A DNA stretch of 64,000 nucleotides from Eledone cirrhosa (Eukaryota): assembly GCA_964016885.1 (NCBI GenBank), contig OZ024740.1:362886001-362950000 (forward strand). Direction: 5' to 3'. The position numbers were made by a program, and so were the translations under genes. Of this stretch, positions 42,958-55,043 are shown in pieces (positions within the stretch are counted from its first letter, which is position 1; each line of letters opens with the position of its first letter). The notes under the pieces are model-generated. The model made no database searches, was not told the DNA's origin, and saw only the letters and a list, made by a program, of their open reading frames with translations.

Positions 42958-43204
42958 AATTGTCAATGTAATATGGTGGTATTTATGCATTTTCTGGTGG
43001 TAGGAGAGGGTGAGGATTGGGATGGGTGGAGGTCATTGGTTAATGGATTTAAAGACAAGGGATTCTTTAAAAACTATATTTAGAGAAACAAAGGCAGAAG
43101 TAAATTCACACTAAGTACCTATAGACAAACACAAACACACTGAGAGTGACTCCTAAATTTTAAGGTTCATTTATTCCAAGCAAACAATGGGTATATACAT
43201 ATAT

Positions 43205-43286
<82 letters not shown>

Positions 43287-43832
43287 TACATATATACATA
43301 CACATATATACATACATATATACATATATATACATATATATTAGGGTGGCCCTTAGTTTTCAGCTTTCTAAAAGTTTACCTCCCATCCCCCTATCTTGTT
43401 CCAATTAACAAAAAAAAACAATCTATGACAAACTTTAGCTCAAGCGGACAACTGCAAGGCGACCCTCATCGACCGTAAAATTTTGAAGGTTTTGCCCAGA
43501 AAGTCATTTTTTCAGAAAATTTTTTTTATCTCTTATATAATTTTCTCTTAAATGAAAAACTTGTTCAGACTTATTGTTGGTATTAGAAGGATAAGTGACA
43601 ATAAATATAATGGGGAAGGTAACTTGCAAAGCTGGGTACAGAGCGCAGGTATAGGACAAACACCTATGTTCTGCTGTGGGAGCAGCAATATTTTAACTTT
43701 CGGAAAATTACCTATTGCTAATATACATATATCAGTATATCGTTGACAGCTGAGAGAAATGACTACTCGGTATTGAGTAATATATATATATATATACGGT
43801 TGTCCTTCCTGTTCTGTATAACCATGTCCATT

Positions 43833-43872
43833 ACGAGCTGAGGATCCGTTAAGGTGAAACGATTGTTCTCGG
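43833..43872 (+). ncRNA. Type I hammerhead-like motif
   Basis: CGAG-CTGAGGA-tCC-gttaa-GGt-GAAAC-gatt-GTT-CTCG with outer ACCAT/ATGGT pairing, in a ~110-bp insert between (TA)n runs. Confidence 0.6.
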
Positions 43873-43923
43873 TATGGTGAACTAACTTTGTGTAACCACT
43901 TCTATATATATATATATATATAT

Positions 43924-44801
43924 ATGAGAGACGTAAAATAAGAAAATTATAAAATTAACTTACTTACTAAAATATCACTTCCAACTAATTAGTTTCTGGA
44001 ATGGAATAAATATATTTTCCGAAGAAGATACAGAGAAGCATTCCGTCGTCAGGGAAGTCTATTCTCATCTAAGTATCCAGGCAAAGCGTGGACACTGGAA
44101 ACTTATTAAAAAATAATTCAGTGGATAGAAAATAGCAAAGCGTGGACTGAATTCCTAGCCATTGAGAAAATCACTGCCTCTGCGTCGGTGGCAAATTCAA
44201 AAAGAATCAATCATGTGACATCGAGGTCAATCAGTGGAAAGTGGTTTGCTAATAAGACAGCGGCCTGCCTGCTACCATAGCAGCAGTCATGGCCAATATT
44301 GCTCGACAAATAATTTGGAGATAATTATAAAGAATTAATATCTAGTAACATATATATACATACAGATGCATATCAATGCTAGCAAATATATAGGTTTTGT
44401 CTTAGTAACTTTGTGGTTCAATGCATGGGGTTGCAGAACAATAATATGAGAGACGTAAAATAAGAAAATTATAAAATTAACTTACTTACTAAAATATCAC
44501 TTCCAACTAATTAGTTTCTGAAATGGAATAAATATATTTTCCGAAGACGGAATGCTTCCCTGACGACGGAATGCTTCTCTGTATCTTCTTCGCAAAATAT
44601 ATTTATTCCATTCCAGAAACTAATTAGTTGGAAGTGATATTTTAGTAAGTAAGTTAATTTTATAATTTTCTTATTTTACGTCTCTCATATTATTGTTCTG
44701 CAACCTCATGCATTGAACCACAAAGTTACTAAGACAAAACCTATATATTTGCTAGCATTGATATGCCTCTGTATGTATATATATGTTACTAGATATTAAT
44801 T

Positions 44802-44805
<4 letters not shown>
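43924..44805. mobile_element. ORF-less hammerhead element: partial tandem (522-bp period) plus inverted copy
   Basis: ATGAGAGACGTAAAATAAG... occurs at 43924 and 44446; 44555-44805 is the inverted copy; (TA)n at both ends. Confidence 0.8.
44555..44634 (+). ncRNA. Type I hammerhead with long stem II; mirror copy at 43978-44057 on the minus strand
   Basis: CTTCC-CTGACGA-cGGAATG...CATTCCa-GAAAC-TAATTA-GTT-GGAAG. Confidence 0.75.
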
Positions 44806-44878
<73 letters not shown>

Positions 44879-44881
<3 letters not shown>

Positions 44882-46006
44882 CGTTTCTGAATTTGTTTAG
44901 CAAGATTCTTTATCTGAAATCGTGTGTTGAAACCGATATTGTTATACTTTGGGAGGGTCATGTTGCCAATAAGAAACACACGCACCAGTTGCTTTCACTT
45001 CAATTTATTATATATTTATAAATTTATAAATTTACAAATCTACAAATTTATAAATTTCTGGTTTGTTGGTTGGTTCCACAACCAGATAGTTGTTTATATA
45101 TAGTCATAGTCCTTTCGTCACACAATCTGTGACCTCTTCAGTGACTGTGGATTCCTTTCTTTGTTTCTGTGCCTTTACTTTCTTCTGTCCTACGCGATTT
45201 TGTTTCTGTGTGTGTGTGCTGTGTGCTCAGTTTGCGCATGTGCCACATCCGGGTGTCTGTGTGCGTTTGTGTTCATTTATCTATTTGTTTATTTATTTAC
45301 ATGTTACTGGTTGGTTGTTTGTTCTATGTGTGTGTGTGTTTTCATTTTGTCCTTAATTGTAAGTTGTGATGTTGCTGTTCCACTCATATTTTCTATTTAA
45401 TTTTGGTTGTAATTCTTTTATGTTTATTGCCTCTGTAATTTGTCTAAACATTGCATCTTTTCTGTGTGTAGATTCTATTTTTATTTCTATGTTCTCTAAT
45501 TTACCCTTGTGTTCAAATTACAGGGCAATAAACATAAAAGAATTACAACCAAAATTAAATAGAAAATATGAGTGGAACAGCAACATCACAACTTACAATT
45601 AAGGACAAAATGAAAACACACACACACATAGAACAAACAACCAACCAGTAACATGTAAATAAATAAACAAATAGATAAATGAACACAAACGCACACAGAC
45701 ACCCGGATGTGGCACATGCGCAAACTGAGCACACAACACACACACAGAAACAAAATGGCGTAGGACAGAAGAAAGGAAAGGCACAGAAACAAAGAAAGGA
45801 ATCCCCAGTCACTGAAGAGGTCACAGAGTGTGTGACGAAAGGACTATGACTATATATAAACAACTATCTGGTTGTGGAACCAACTAACCAACCAGAAATT
45901 TATAAATTTGTAGATTTGAAAATTTATAAATTTATAAATTGAAGTGAAAGCAACTGGTGCGTGTGTTTCTTATTGGCAACATGACCCTCCCAAAGTATAA
46001 CAATAT
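44879..46006. mobile_element. ~1.1-kb palindrome of two 5'-truncated PLE 3' ends
   Basis: 44936-45442 mirrors 45515-46006. The centre encodes a GIY-YIG-type C-terminus (minus strand ..FRQITEAINIKELQPKLNRKYEW); one hammerhead per arm. Confidence 0.88.
45807..45851 (+). ncRNA. Minimal type I hammerhead; mirror copy at 45102-45146 on the minus strand
   Basis: AGTCA-CTGAAGA-gGTCAC-agagtgt-GTGAC-GAAA-GGAC-TA-TGACT; stem III is extremely short. Confidence 0.7.
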
Positions 46007-46007
46007 A

Positions 46008-46137
<130 letters not shown>

Positions 46138-46138
46138 C

Positions 46139-46184
<46 letters not shown>

Positions 46185-46186
<2 letters not shown>

Positions 46187-46475
46187 TCTCCTTACTCTCC
46201 TTGCTTTCATATTTCTCCTTGCTCCCCTTTTCTCATTCTATTTGTATATAAACAAGTATATAGATAGAAGGAGAAAGGGAGAGCAAGGAGAAAAGGAGAG
46301 CAAGGAGAGCAATGAGAAAAGGAGAGCAAGGAGAATAATGAGAAACGGAGAGCAAGGAGAGCAATGAAAAAAAGAGCAAGGATAAAAGGAGAGCAAAGGG
46401 AGCAAGGAGAGCAATGAGAAAAGGAGAGCAATGATAAAATGAGAGCAAGGACAAAAGGAGAGCAAGGAGAGCATG
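46185..46475. repeat. GGAGAGCAA-type minisatellite with an inverted lead-in
   Basis: Many GGAGAGCAA units at 46270-46475; complementary CTCCTTGCT units at 46186-46235. Confidence 0.8.
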
Positions 46476-46477
46476 GA

Positions 46478-46905
46478 GAGGTTAAGGCAAATATTGCTCA
46501 AGTTATGCTGGAAGCAGACGAAGGTGAAGAAGCGGAAGAAGAAAAAAATCAACTGAAGAGATACATTCTGCACCAAAATGATTTTTCTTCCGTTACAAAC
46601 TTCGAGTTTTCGTCTTTTGTAACTCCTGGTACAAAATTTTCTTCACGAGATTTTCTATCAGCATCGATTTCCTCGACAAAGACCCTTCAACATGGAAGGA
46701 TGTTCCTGGTTACAAAAGTGGACTTGAAAAACTTGAAAAGACAGTTGTTGTGAACGATGTTGCAGAAAGAGGTGTCAAACTCATTCAGGATTACAATTAC
46801 ATTCTCACAAAAGATGAAACTGAGAAACAATTTGTTTTACAGATTGTTACCGAAAACCGTAGAACATACCCAACTGCCACTAAATCCTCTCTTATGCTAA
46901 ATTAA
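46478..46905 (+). pseudogene. hATm-like transposase C-terminal fragment (frameshifted)
   Basis: FLDKDPSTW..Y..VVVNDVAERGVKLIQDYNYILTKDETEKQFVLQIVTENRRTYP, stop ending at 46905. Confidence 0.85.
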
Positions 46906-47579
46906 TGTTCAATATTCAATGTTCAGTGTTCATATTATATTTTTGATTCTATAGAAATTATTGTTGTAAATAAAAATGAGTACTTTATTAAGAAAACCTA
47001 ATATTTCTTAAGTTGTTCATGTTATTTTAGAAATTTTTCAAATTAACTATTGGTAAATTTGATTCAGAATGTTTTAAAATATTTGCAGGAGTTGCCTGGA
47101 TGTGTCCGCGTAAATTTCTCTAAGAAGAAAAAAGAAAATGGTCGAGATAAGGAACAGTATACCGCTTTTAAACAGAATTAATCGTTACGTATACTATGTT
47201 CCAACTTCAAGGTATTTGAGGGTCGCCTAACAGTTGTTCGACTGAGCTGTAATTTTGCACACCCCGTGCTTTTGTTGATTGGAACAGGATTAGGCGATGG
47301 GAGCAACAAAGTGTAAACTTTCGGAAAATTACCTATTGCTAAGGGCCACCCTAATATACATACATACCTATATATTCATACACACACACACGCACATATA
47401 TATATATATATATATATACATATGTACATACATATATATATACATATAGATACATACATACACACACATATATATATACATATACATATACATACATACA
47501 TATACATACACATACATCGGTCTAGATTATACATATATCTCTCGCTCTCTCTCTCTATATATATATATTTATATATTCT

Positions 47580-47614
<35 letters not shown>

Positions 47615-48671
47615 CTACATACATACATACATTATACACATACACATACACACATTCATATGTGAGTGTGTTCTGTCCGTCTTTACGTTTGTGTCTGTCT
47701 GTGTTTATGTCCCGCAACTTCGTAGTTCGACAAAAAGACATCAATAAAATACGTACCAGACTTGAAAAATTAAGTACTGGTCAACATGATCGATTAAATA
47801 AAGCTGGTTCTCAGCGTGGCCGCAGTCTACTGACTAAAACAAGTAAAAAGAGAACATGTGTGATTTGTGCTTTAGTGTGCATGAAGTGTCTGCAGAGAAG
47901 AAAGCAAATAATTATGTTGCCAACTCATAAAAACAATAGAAAGATAATGACATACTTGAAAAGTCAATTCATGTATGGCAGGAATAATGTAATCATGATA
48001 TATTGGCATCCCGGATAATGTCCAGAATTAGCTAATTGTATGAACGAAGACATATCTCTCTGAGAGAGGAAAATGTAATGTGTTAAAACAGTTGTAGCGG
48101 AATAAATATTCGTTTCAAAAAAAAAAAAAAAAAAAAAAAAAAGAACCTTGAAAAAATGAGTTTTGGCAACATTCCTTTCTTCTTTACGAGCACTGGTGAC
48201 GATGAATAAGTAAAATGGCTTATAAGAATCGAACCTGATTTGATAACTTAGCTTGACTAGAGCTTATTCTTTAGTTTACACATAGTCTTTTCACTGAAAT
48301 GCAGAACATTGGCAGTCTCGCTAGAACGTCGGATTAAAAATGCTTCGGCATTTATTTCAGCTCACAGCACGCTTAAGTTCTGCTTAAGTCCTGCTGAGGT
48401 CAACTTTAACTTTCACCCTTTCCGGATAAAATAATAAATTGCCGATCCAGTATTTAGATCGCTTCCTCCTTTATCTCTTTTTATTACGCTCTCTCTATCT
48501 CCCTTTTTCTGGAAGAAATCGGGAGTGTTCCAACCTTAAGAGGGATGAGTTCCCTCAGGTTTAAAATATCCTAGGATAAGCTGTGTGTTAGGACGGCGAC
48601 CCTACTATTCCGCCAAGAAGAGCCCTTCGCAGTGAATAGCGATAATCTCCTCACTTAAATAATAGGGTTAT

Positions 48672-48856
48672 TTGGATTGGCAGCATCGGTAGAGGGTCGG
48701 ACGCCATGCTTTGACGCATAGAGTTACGTCCCTTGCCATTGTGAGTTCAAATCCCGCTGAGGTTAACTTTGCCTTTCATCCTCACGGGGTAATGAAATAA
48801 AGTACCAATAATGCACTGGGTAATTGTTGGCCTTGTGCCTAAAGTAGAAACAGTTA
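48672..48856 (+). mobile_element. SINE family A copy
   Basis: Colinear with 7538-7730. Confidence 0.85.
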
Positions 48857-48916
48857 TTTCTATTTAAAATGACCAGTTGTAAAACATATCAACCATAATA
48901 ATACGACGTGAGTGTT

Positions 48917-48978
<62 letters not shown>

Positions 48979-48981
<3 letters not shown>

Positions 48982-49727
48982 TATTGAGTTAGAAACTCAA
49001 AATAGTCTCTTACAATTAAATAGCTAAAAAAAAAGAAGTTTTTCTGAGCCGTGTAAAACAATTGAATATACAAGAGAGATAAACACAAATATAAGCATAC
49101 ATGTGTTTAAATTAAGTCTGGCAAACCATATTGTTATAGTTAGTATTTTTTTCACCCTAGTGAACTTGGTCCCTTACAATTCAAACACATGTATGTTTAT
49201 ATTTGTGTTTATCTCTCTTGTATATTCAATTATATTACACGGCTCAGAAAAGCTTCTTTCTTTGAGCTATTTAATTTGAGCTATTTTGAGTTTCTAACTC
49301 AACATCTCATATTGTCGGCTCCTTCTTGTCGAGCTAATTTAAATGTCGTGTAAACCCGGCTGCTATTTTTAGCAGTGTATGTTTACGAGGCACGCTAGGT
49401 TCTGATGCCATATGCGTTATTTCATATTCCCACACTATTCAGCCTTCTGATATACATAGAAGTGGAGGGATTTTTACACCCAATGAAGAGCAGAAAATTG
49501 ATAATTTCCTTCACTAAATAAATTGCGAAACAGCTAAGCTGTCTGGGTGTTTCAGGCAGTTGCCCAATATAGGTTTGTTCTTCTTTTTCTTGATTTATTA
49601 CTTTAAATTGAGTCTGGCAAACCATATTGTTATAGTTAGTATTTTTTCTCCCTAGTGAACTTGGTCCCTTACAATTTCTCTAGTGAACTTGTATGTTTAT
49701 ATTTGTGTTTATCTCTCTTGCATATTC

Positions 49728-49732
<5 letters not shown>
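48979..49732. mobile_element. ORF-less hammerhead element: partial tandem (496-bp period) plus inverted segment
   Basis: GTCTGGCAAACCATATTG occurs at 49116 and 49612; 48979-49108 mirrors about 49184-49307; flanked by (TA)n. Confidence 0.75.
49476..49550 (+). ncRNA. Type I hammerhead with a C3A substitution (probably inactivated copy)
   Basis: ACACCCA-aTGAAGA-GCAG...TTGC-GAAAC-AGC-taa-GCT-GTC-TGGGTGT; 7-bp stem I and a well-formed stem III. Confidence 0.7.
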
Positions 49733-49797
<65 letters not shown>

Positions 49798-49933
49798 AGT
49801 GTAATTTTCTACACAAAACGAAGGTTATAGAGAAAATTGAGGTTGGTAATGGCACATGGAATATATAAGAGACAGAATACTTTTTTGTGAAAAAACATAA
49901 TTTTATAAGGTAAGGAAATAATAAAGGGTATAA

Positions 49934-49981
49934 AAAATGACCGGTTTCGATGGGTCTGCAAAAGCCATCTTTTCAAATGTT
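49934..49981 (-). ncRNA. Minimal type I hammerhead ribozyme (U3-A8 core variant) in the 3' pLTR
   Basis: Minus strand reads aacat-TTGAAAA-GATGG-cttttgcagac-CCATC-GAAA-CCGG-TC-atttt; stem I is weak. Confidence 0.7.
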
Positions 49982-50331
49982 GATTAATATTAAGAAAAAT
50001 TAATAATACGAAGAGTTAAAATTTGAGACTTGAAAATTCAAGTATAAAATTCATTGTGGGATTTCATAGCAGTTTTCATCTAGGTAGCAACAACAGGTTG
50101 ACTGCTGTGTCCCTTTCTGGTAGTGAATGAGAAGTTATTTGGGGTGTGGGTTATTTTATAAAGGTCAGATTTAGCAATAGCCAGCTGCTGGTCAGTGAGG
50201 GGGTGGGAGCAATATACACACACATATATCTTCCTGTGATGGGTAGGAGAGTGGAGCGTGATAGAAAAGGATTTAGTGCACTTACACCTATATATACACA
50301 CATACCTTCATCCACACATACATACATATAC

Positions 50332-50374
<43 letters not shown>

Positions 50375-50439
50375 CACACATACATACACACACACATACA
50401 TATACATACACACATACACACACACACATATATACACAT

Positions 50440-50516
<77 letters not shown>

Positions 50517-50555
50517 TATATATACATACACATACATCCAGATACACACATACAT

Positions 50556-50646
<91 letters not shown>

Positions 50647-50741
50647 TATATATACACACATACACACACATATATATACACACACACACACACACATGCA
50701 TATATATATATATATACACATACGCATACATCCAGATACCC

Positions 50742-50782
<41 letters not shown>

Positions 50783-51123
50783 ACATACATCCACATGCAC
50801 ACACATACTCACACACACACACACACACATACATACACCCACACACAGAGAAATGGCCTTCAAATATATATATATATATATATACATACAGACACATATA
50901 TTTTTTCCATAATATAAGAAGTTGGGGCAGTGAAATTAAAATAATTCTGTGTGCGCATATATATATATAGACATATGTGTGTGCACGTGCAGGGTTTAAC
51001 ATGGATGTGTTGGTCACACAAAGGCATGGTCTGTCAATGAATAAACCTGATTCTACAGAATTGGTCTCTGGTCTTTAATAGTAGTGATTCCGTGCGTATG
51101 TGTGTTTATATTTTATGACAATT

Positions 51124-53182
51124 CTATTGGGGTGATAACCCGTTTAGTTTTGGTTTAAATTTGTTAAGGAATAGATTTTCTTTGTTTATTCTTTGTTGTT
51201 GTGTGAACGAATCTGAGCACTTGTAGAAGGGGAAGATTTTAAAGTTGGGTAGTGTCATTCCTGCGCAGTTCGCAATATGGCTGCTCAAGGGGATTTTTCT
51301 TGTGTTAGCGTCCCGGATTTGTTGGCGGTGGATGGTCATTCTTTTGCGTAATGAGGTGCCCGTCTGTCCTATGTAGTTGTGTTTGCACCCACCGCAAGTT
51401 ATTGCGTAAATCAAGTTCTCCGAGTTGCAGGTGAAATTGTTTTTTACTGTAAATGTTTGGCCATCTTTGAATGTAAATGTTTGTCCTTCAGTGAGGTAGA
51501 GGCACGTTCCACAGTTTGTTCTACCACATTTGGTAACTGTAGGGTTGAGGATTGGTTTGGGTATATTTGGTCCAGTGAGAATGCGTTTAAGTGATTTGGG
51601 TTGTCTTTTACTTTTAAGGATCTTGTGTGTTTCAAGAATAGACTTCATTTTTACATCTTTAAGTAGGATGGGGAGGTTTTTGTGTAGGTGATCAAACATT
51701 TCGGTATTTCTGGGGTTGAAAGTGGATACATATGGCAGGGTGTTGAGTGTGGTTTTCTGTTTTGGATTGTTAAGTTGATGGGGATTTAGGTGTTTTGCCC
51801 TGTCTATTCCATTGTTGATTATTTCAAGTGGAAAGGCTCTTAAGATAAGGGTGTCTTTTAGTTCCTTTAGTCTTTGCTCCCGTTTAGGTGGATCTGATAC
51901 TATGGTACATATACGTTTGGCCAAATTGTAAGGAATGTTAAGTTTTGTATGTTTTGGGTGACTTGATGTGAAAAAGAGGTATTGCTTGGAATCTGTGGGT
52001 TTATAGAATATATCTGTATCTAATTTCCCGTCTATTACAGAGATGAGAATATCCAAGAAGGCTAATTCCTTAGGATTGGATTCCATTGTGAATTGTATGT
52101 TATTATCTATGTTGTTTATCATGTTTTTAAACGTAGTAAGTGAGTTCATGTCTTCTTGCCATAGGATAAAGCAGTCGTCTAGATATCTTTTCCAATTGGC
52201 TTTGAGGTGTGTGTGGAAAGAGTCACCAAATAAGAGAAGGGACTGACTGTATATTTGTTGTTCATGGAATCCCATGACTAGGTTGGCATATGTGGGTGCT
52301 ACTTTCGTGCCCATTGCCGTACCTGATACTTGTCTGTATGTTGAACCATTGAATGTGAAGTAGTTATTTTGTAGGATAAAGCGGAGTCCGTCAGTGATAA
52401 AATCTGTGTTGATGCGTGTCGGTATTTCTGATGGGTGTGTGTTAAGCCAGTATTGGACTGCTGTTATTCCATAGTTGTGAGGTATGTTTGTGTAGAGGTT
52501 TATTACGTCAAAGGAGACAAGAATTGTATTTGCACTTACTGTTTTAGGGAGGTGTTTCAGCATGTCAAGGTCATCTCGTATGTAGCTCTGTATATGTTGT
52601 AGAAAGGGTTTCAGTAGGATGTCCAGAAAGTTGCTAAGTCTGTGGGTTTCACATGTAGGGCCTGCTATAATTGGCCTGAGTTTTAGGTCTTCTGGTGGTG
52701 TTAGTTCAATGTAATTGTTGGTTGAGGTGTCACATGCATCGTTTATGGGTTTACATTTGTGAAGTTTCGGTAAGCCGTAAAAAGAGCTTGTATTGCATTT
52801 GAAGTGGCTTATATAGTTAAACTCTTTTGTGGTTAAGCTGTTGCGGTATTTATTCAGTAAGGTCAAAAGGTTCCCCATTGTTTTGGTGTGTTTGTAGTTT
52901 TCTGTTTTTTCATAGTATGTGTTGTTTTCTAAAATGTTAAGTGCGAGGGTCCTATAGTAGTCCGTATTCATAATCACAACAGTACTGCCTTTATCGGCTT
53001 CTTTGATAGTTATCTCAGGGTTGTTTCTAAGTGTGAATAATTCTTCCCATTCGTGTGTAGATAGGTTTGATTTCGTGTGTTTATTTGTAATTTTTTCATA
53101 GGGAAAGTTGGTGATGTGTTCGCAGTACGTGTCCAGTGCTTTATTTCTTCCCTTTTGTGGGCAGAAATTGCTTTTATTTCTA
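51124..53182 (-). CDS. PLE polyprotein (reverse transcriptase + GIY-YIG endonuclease), N-terminally truncated
   Basis: Uninterrupted ~685 codons with FYGLPKLHK, LRPII, SFDVINLYTNIP, GTAMGTKVAPTYANL, RYLDD, FLDI, linker CGRTNCGTC and NLIYAITCGGC..YIGQT..LRKRMTIH..LSSH. The first ~20 aa of the tracked ORF (GTG start at 53241) come from the inverted pLTR. Confidence 0.95.
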
Positions 53183-53405
53183 ACCCCCTCACTGACCAGC
53201 AGCTGGCTATTGCTAAATCTGACCTTTATAAAATAACCCACACCCCAAATAACTTCTCATTCACTACCAGAAAGGGACACAGCAGTCAACCTGTTGTTGC
53301 TACCTAGATGAAAACTGCTATGAAATCCCACAATGAATTTTATACTTGAATTTTCAAGTCTCAAATTTTAACTCTTCGTATTATTAATTTTTCTTAATAT
53401 TAATC

Positions 53406-53453
53406 AACATTTGAAAAGATGGCTTTTGCAGACCCATCGAAACCGGTCATTTT
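53406..53453 (+). ncRNA. Minimal type I hammerhead ribozyme (U3-A8 variant), inverted pLTR copy
   Basis: aacat-TTGAAAA-GATGG...CCATC-GAAA-CCGGTC-atttt, same sequence as the 49934 copy. Confidence 0.7.
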
Positions 53454-53701
53454 TTATACCCTTTATTATTTCCTTACCTTATAAAATTATGTTTTTTCAC
53501 AAAAAAGTATTCTGTCTCTTATATATTCCATGTGCCATTACCAACCTCAATTTTCTCTATATATATATATATATATTTATGAATGTATGTATATATATAT
53601 ATATATGTATATGTATGAATGTATGTATATATAAATATATGTATATGTATGAATGTATGTATATATATATATATATATATATGTATATGTATAAATGTAT
53701 G

Positions 53702-53763
<62 letters not shown>

Positions 53764-53770
<7 letters not shown>

Positions 53771-54164
53771 AAAAAGGGATGAAATCGAAAATGCAACTGA
53801 AGTCTTATTTTAAAAAAAAATATATATATTTATTTGGTTCCTTTACCGGTTTCGCAGTTCTTCTGCTTTTCAAAAGGTGAGTTGAGATGGAGGGTCTGTG
53901 GTTTTTCTCACATCTGGTTGGTCTCTAAATGTTACTTGTAACATTTAGAGACCAACCAGATGTGAGAAAAACCACAGACCCTCCATCTCAACTCACCTTT
54001 TGAAAAGCAGAAGAACTGCGAAACCGGTAAAGGAACCAAATAAATATATATATTTAAAAAAAAAATAAGACTTCAGTTGCATTTTCGATTTCATCCCTTT
54101 TTCTTTATACTTCCACTCGTGTAGGACACCTCGGTTATTTTTCATTTTGTAAAAAAACCCTCAC

Positions 54165-54172
<8 letters not shown>
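53764..54172. mobile_element. Palindromic PLE-type pLTR insertion in (TA)n (same family as 17555)
   Basis: Near-perfect fold-back centred near 53936 (..TCTAAATGTTAC-TT-GTAACATTTAGA..), with (TA)n at both ends. Confidence 0.85.
53996..54033 (+). ncRNA. Minimal hammerhead (U3-A8 variant); mirror copy at 53840-53877 on the minus strand
   Basis: CCTT-TTGAAAA-GCAG-aagaa-CTGC-GAAA-CCGG-TA-AAGG. Confidence 0.72.
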
Positions 54173-54215
<43 letters not shown>

Positions 54216-54555
54216 TTTTTTAACATTTGCACAAACATTTAACGCTTTAACATTTTACACACATATTTCCTATCCTTTGTTTATCCCTCTAAATAATTAT
54301 TACTCAACGTCTCTCAAAAATTTAATTTTATATGTTGTTTGTACGTATATAATGAACATTTATGCAATTATATCCAAGAAATATATTATTAAAGTAGTGT
54401 CAGTACCCAATATAACAATAGGTCTTCTCTTATGCACACCATTAATTATATGTATGGTTTTTCATATATCCGATAATCGTGGTATATATGACATACCAAT
54501 CACAGATTCCAAAAATTAAATACATTCAACGCCATAGACGTCATTATTAATATCA

Positions 54556-55043
54556 CTAGCAGAAAACTACCTTTCGGGTGGTTTTCTGCTAGCATGTGTA
54601 GTGTGTATATTGATATTATACACAAGTATATATACATGTAGATATGATACATCAAATAAAATCGTAATTGACAATATAAACAGAAATTGAACGAAGACTG
54701 TGTTACACTGTCTTATGTAATCAGTAATGTAATCCATGATACATTAACAAAAGACGATATTATATATAAACTGCATTAGGAGAAAATTAGTGACAGAAAA
54801 TGTTAGGTTTATTTAAGTGATCGCCACCGGAAATGTTGACATCACACACTTTCTCTTTCTATATATATGGTTGTTGAAGTGGTGGTGGTGGTGGTGGCAA
54901 GGATATACCGGAAGTGCAACTTTGAAAAGAAGTCAATTGTAAATTATTTATTTTTACGAGATTATTTTTTTAACGAAATTTAGTAGATAAATTATGTAAT
55001 ATTCATTTATTATTTATTCAAAGTAATCCAACTTATTTTACTA
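54556..55043 (-). mobile_element. Non-autonomous Helitron, 5'-truncated (same family)
   Basis: Colinear with 32148-32565; same 3' hairpin and CTAG. Confidence 0.75.

Larger units (their letters stand above)
49794..53560 (-). mobile_element. Penelope-like retroelement (Neptune-type), 5'-truncated, with a 3' pLTR and an inverted pLTR copy at the 5' junction, inserted in (TA)n
   Basis: 49826-50204 is the reverse complement of 53183-53560. The arms enclose an RT+GIY-YIG ORF, each carries a hammerhead motif, and both outer ends abut (TA)n. Confidence 0.93.

Noticed and set aside
53183-53241. N-terminus and start codon of the 705-aa ORF
   Set aside because: It lies in the inverted pLTR and starts at GTG, so it is a junction product and not the native start.
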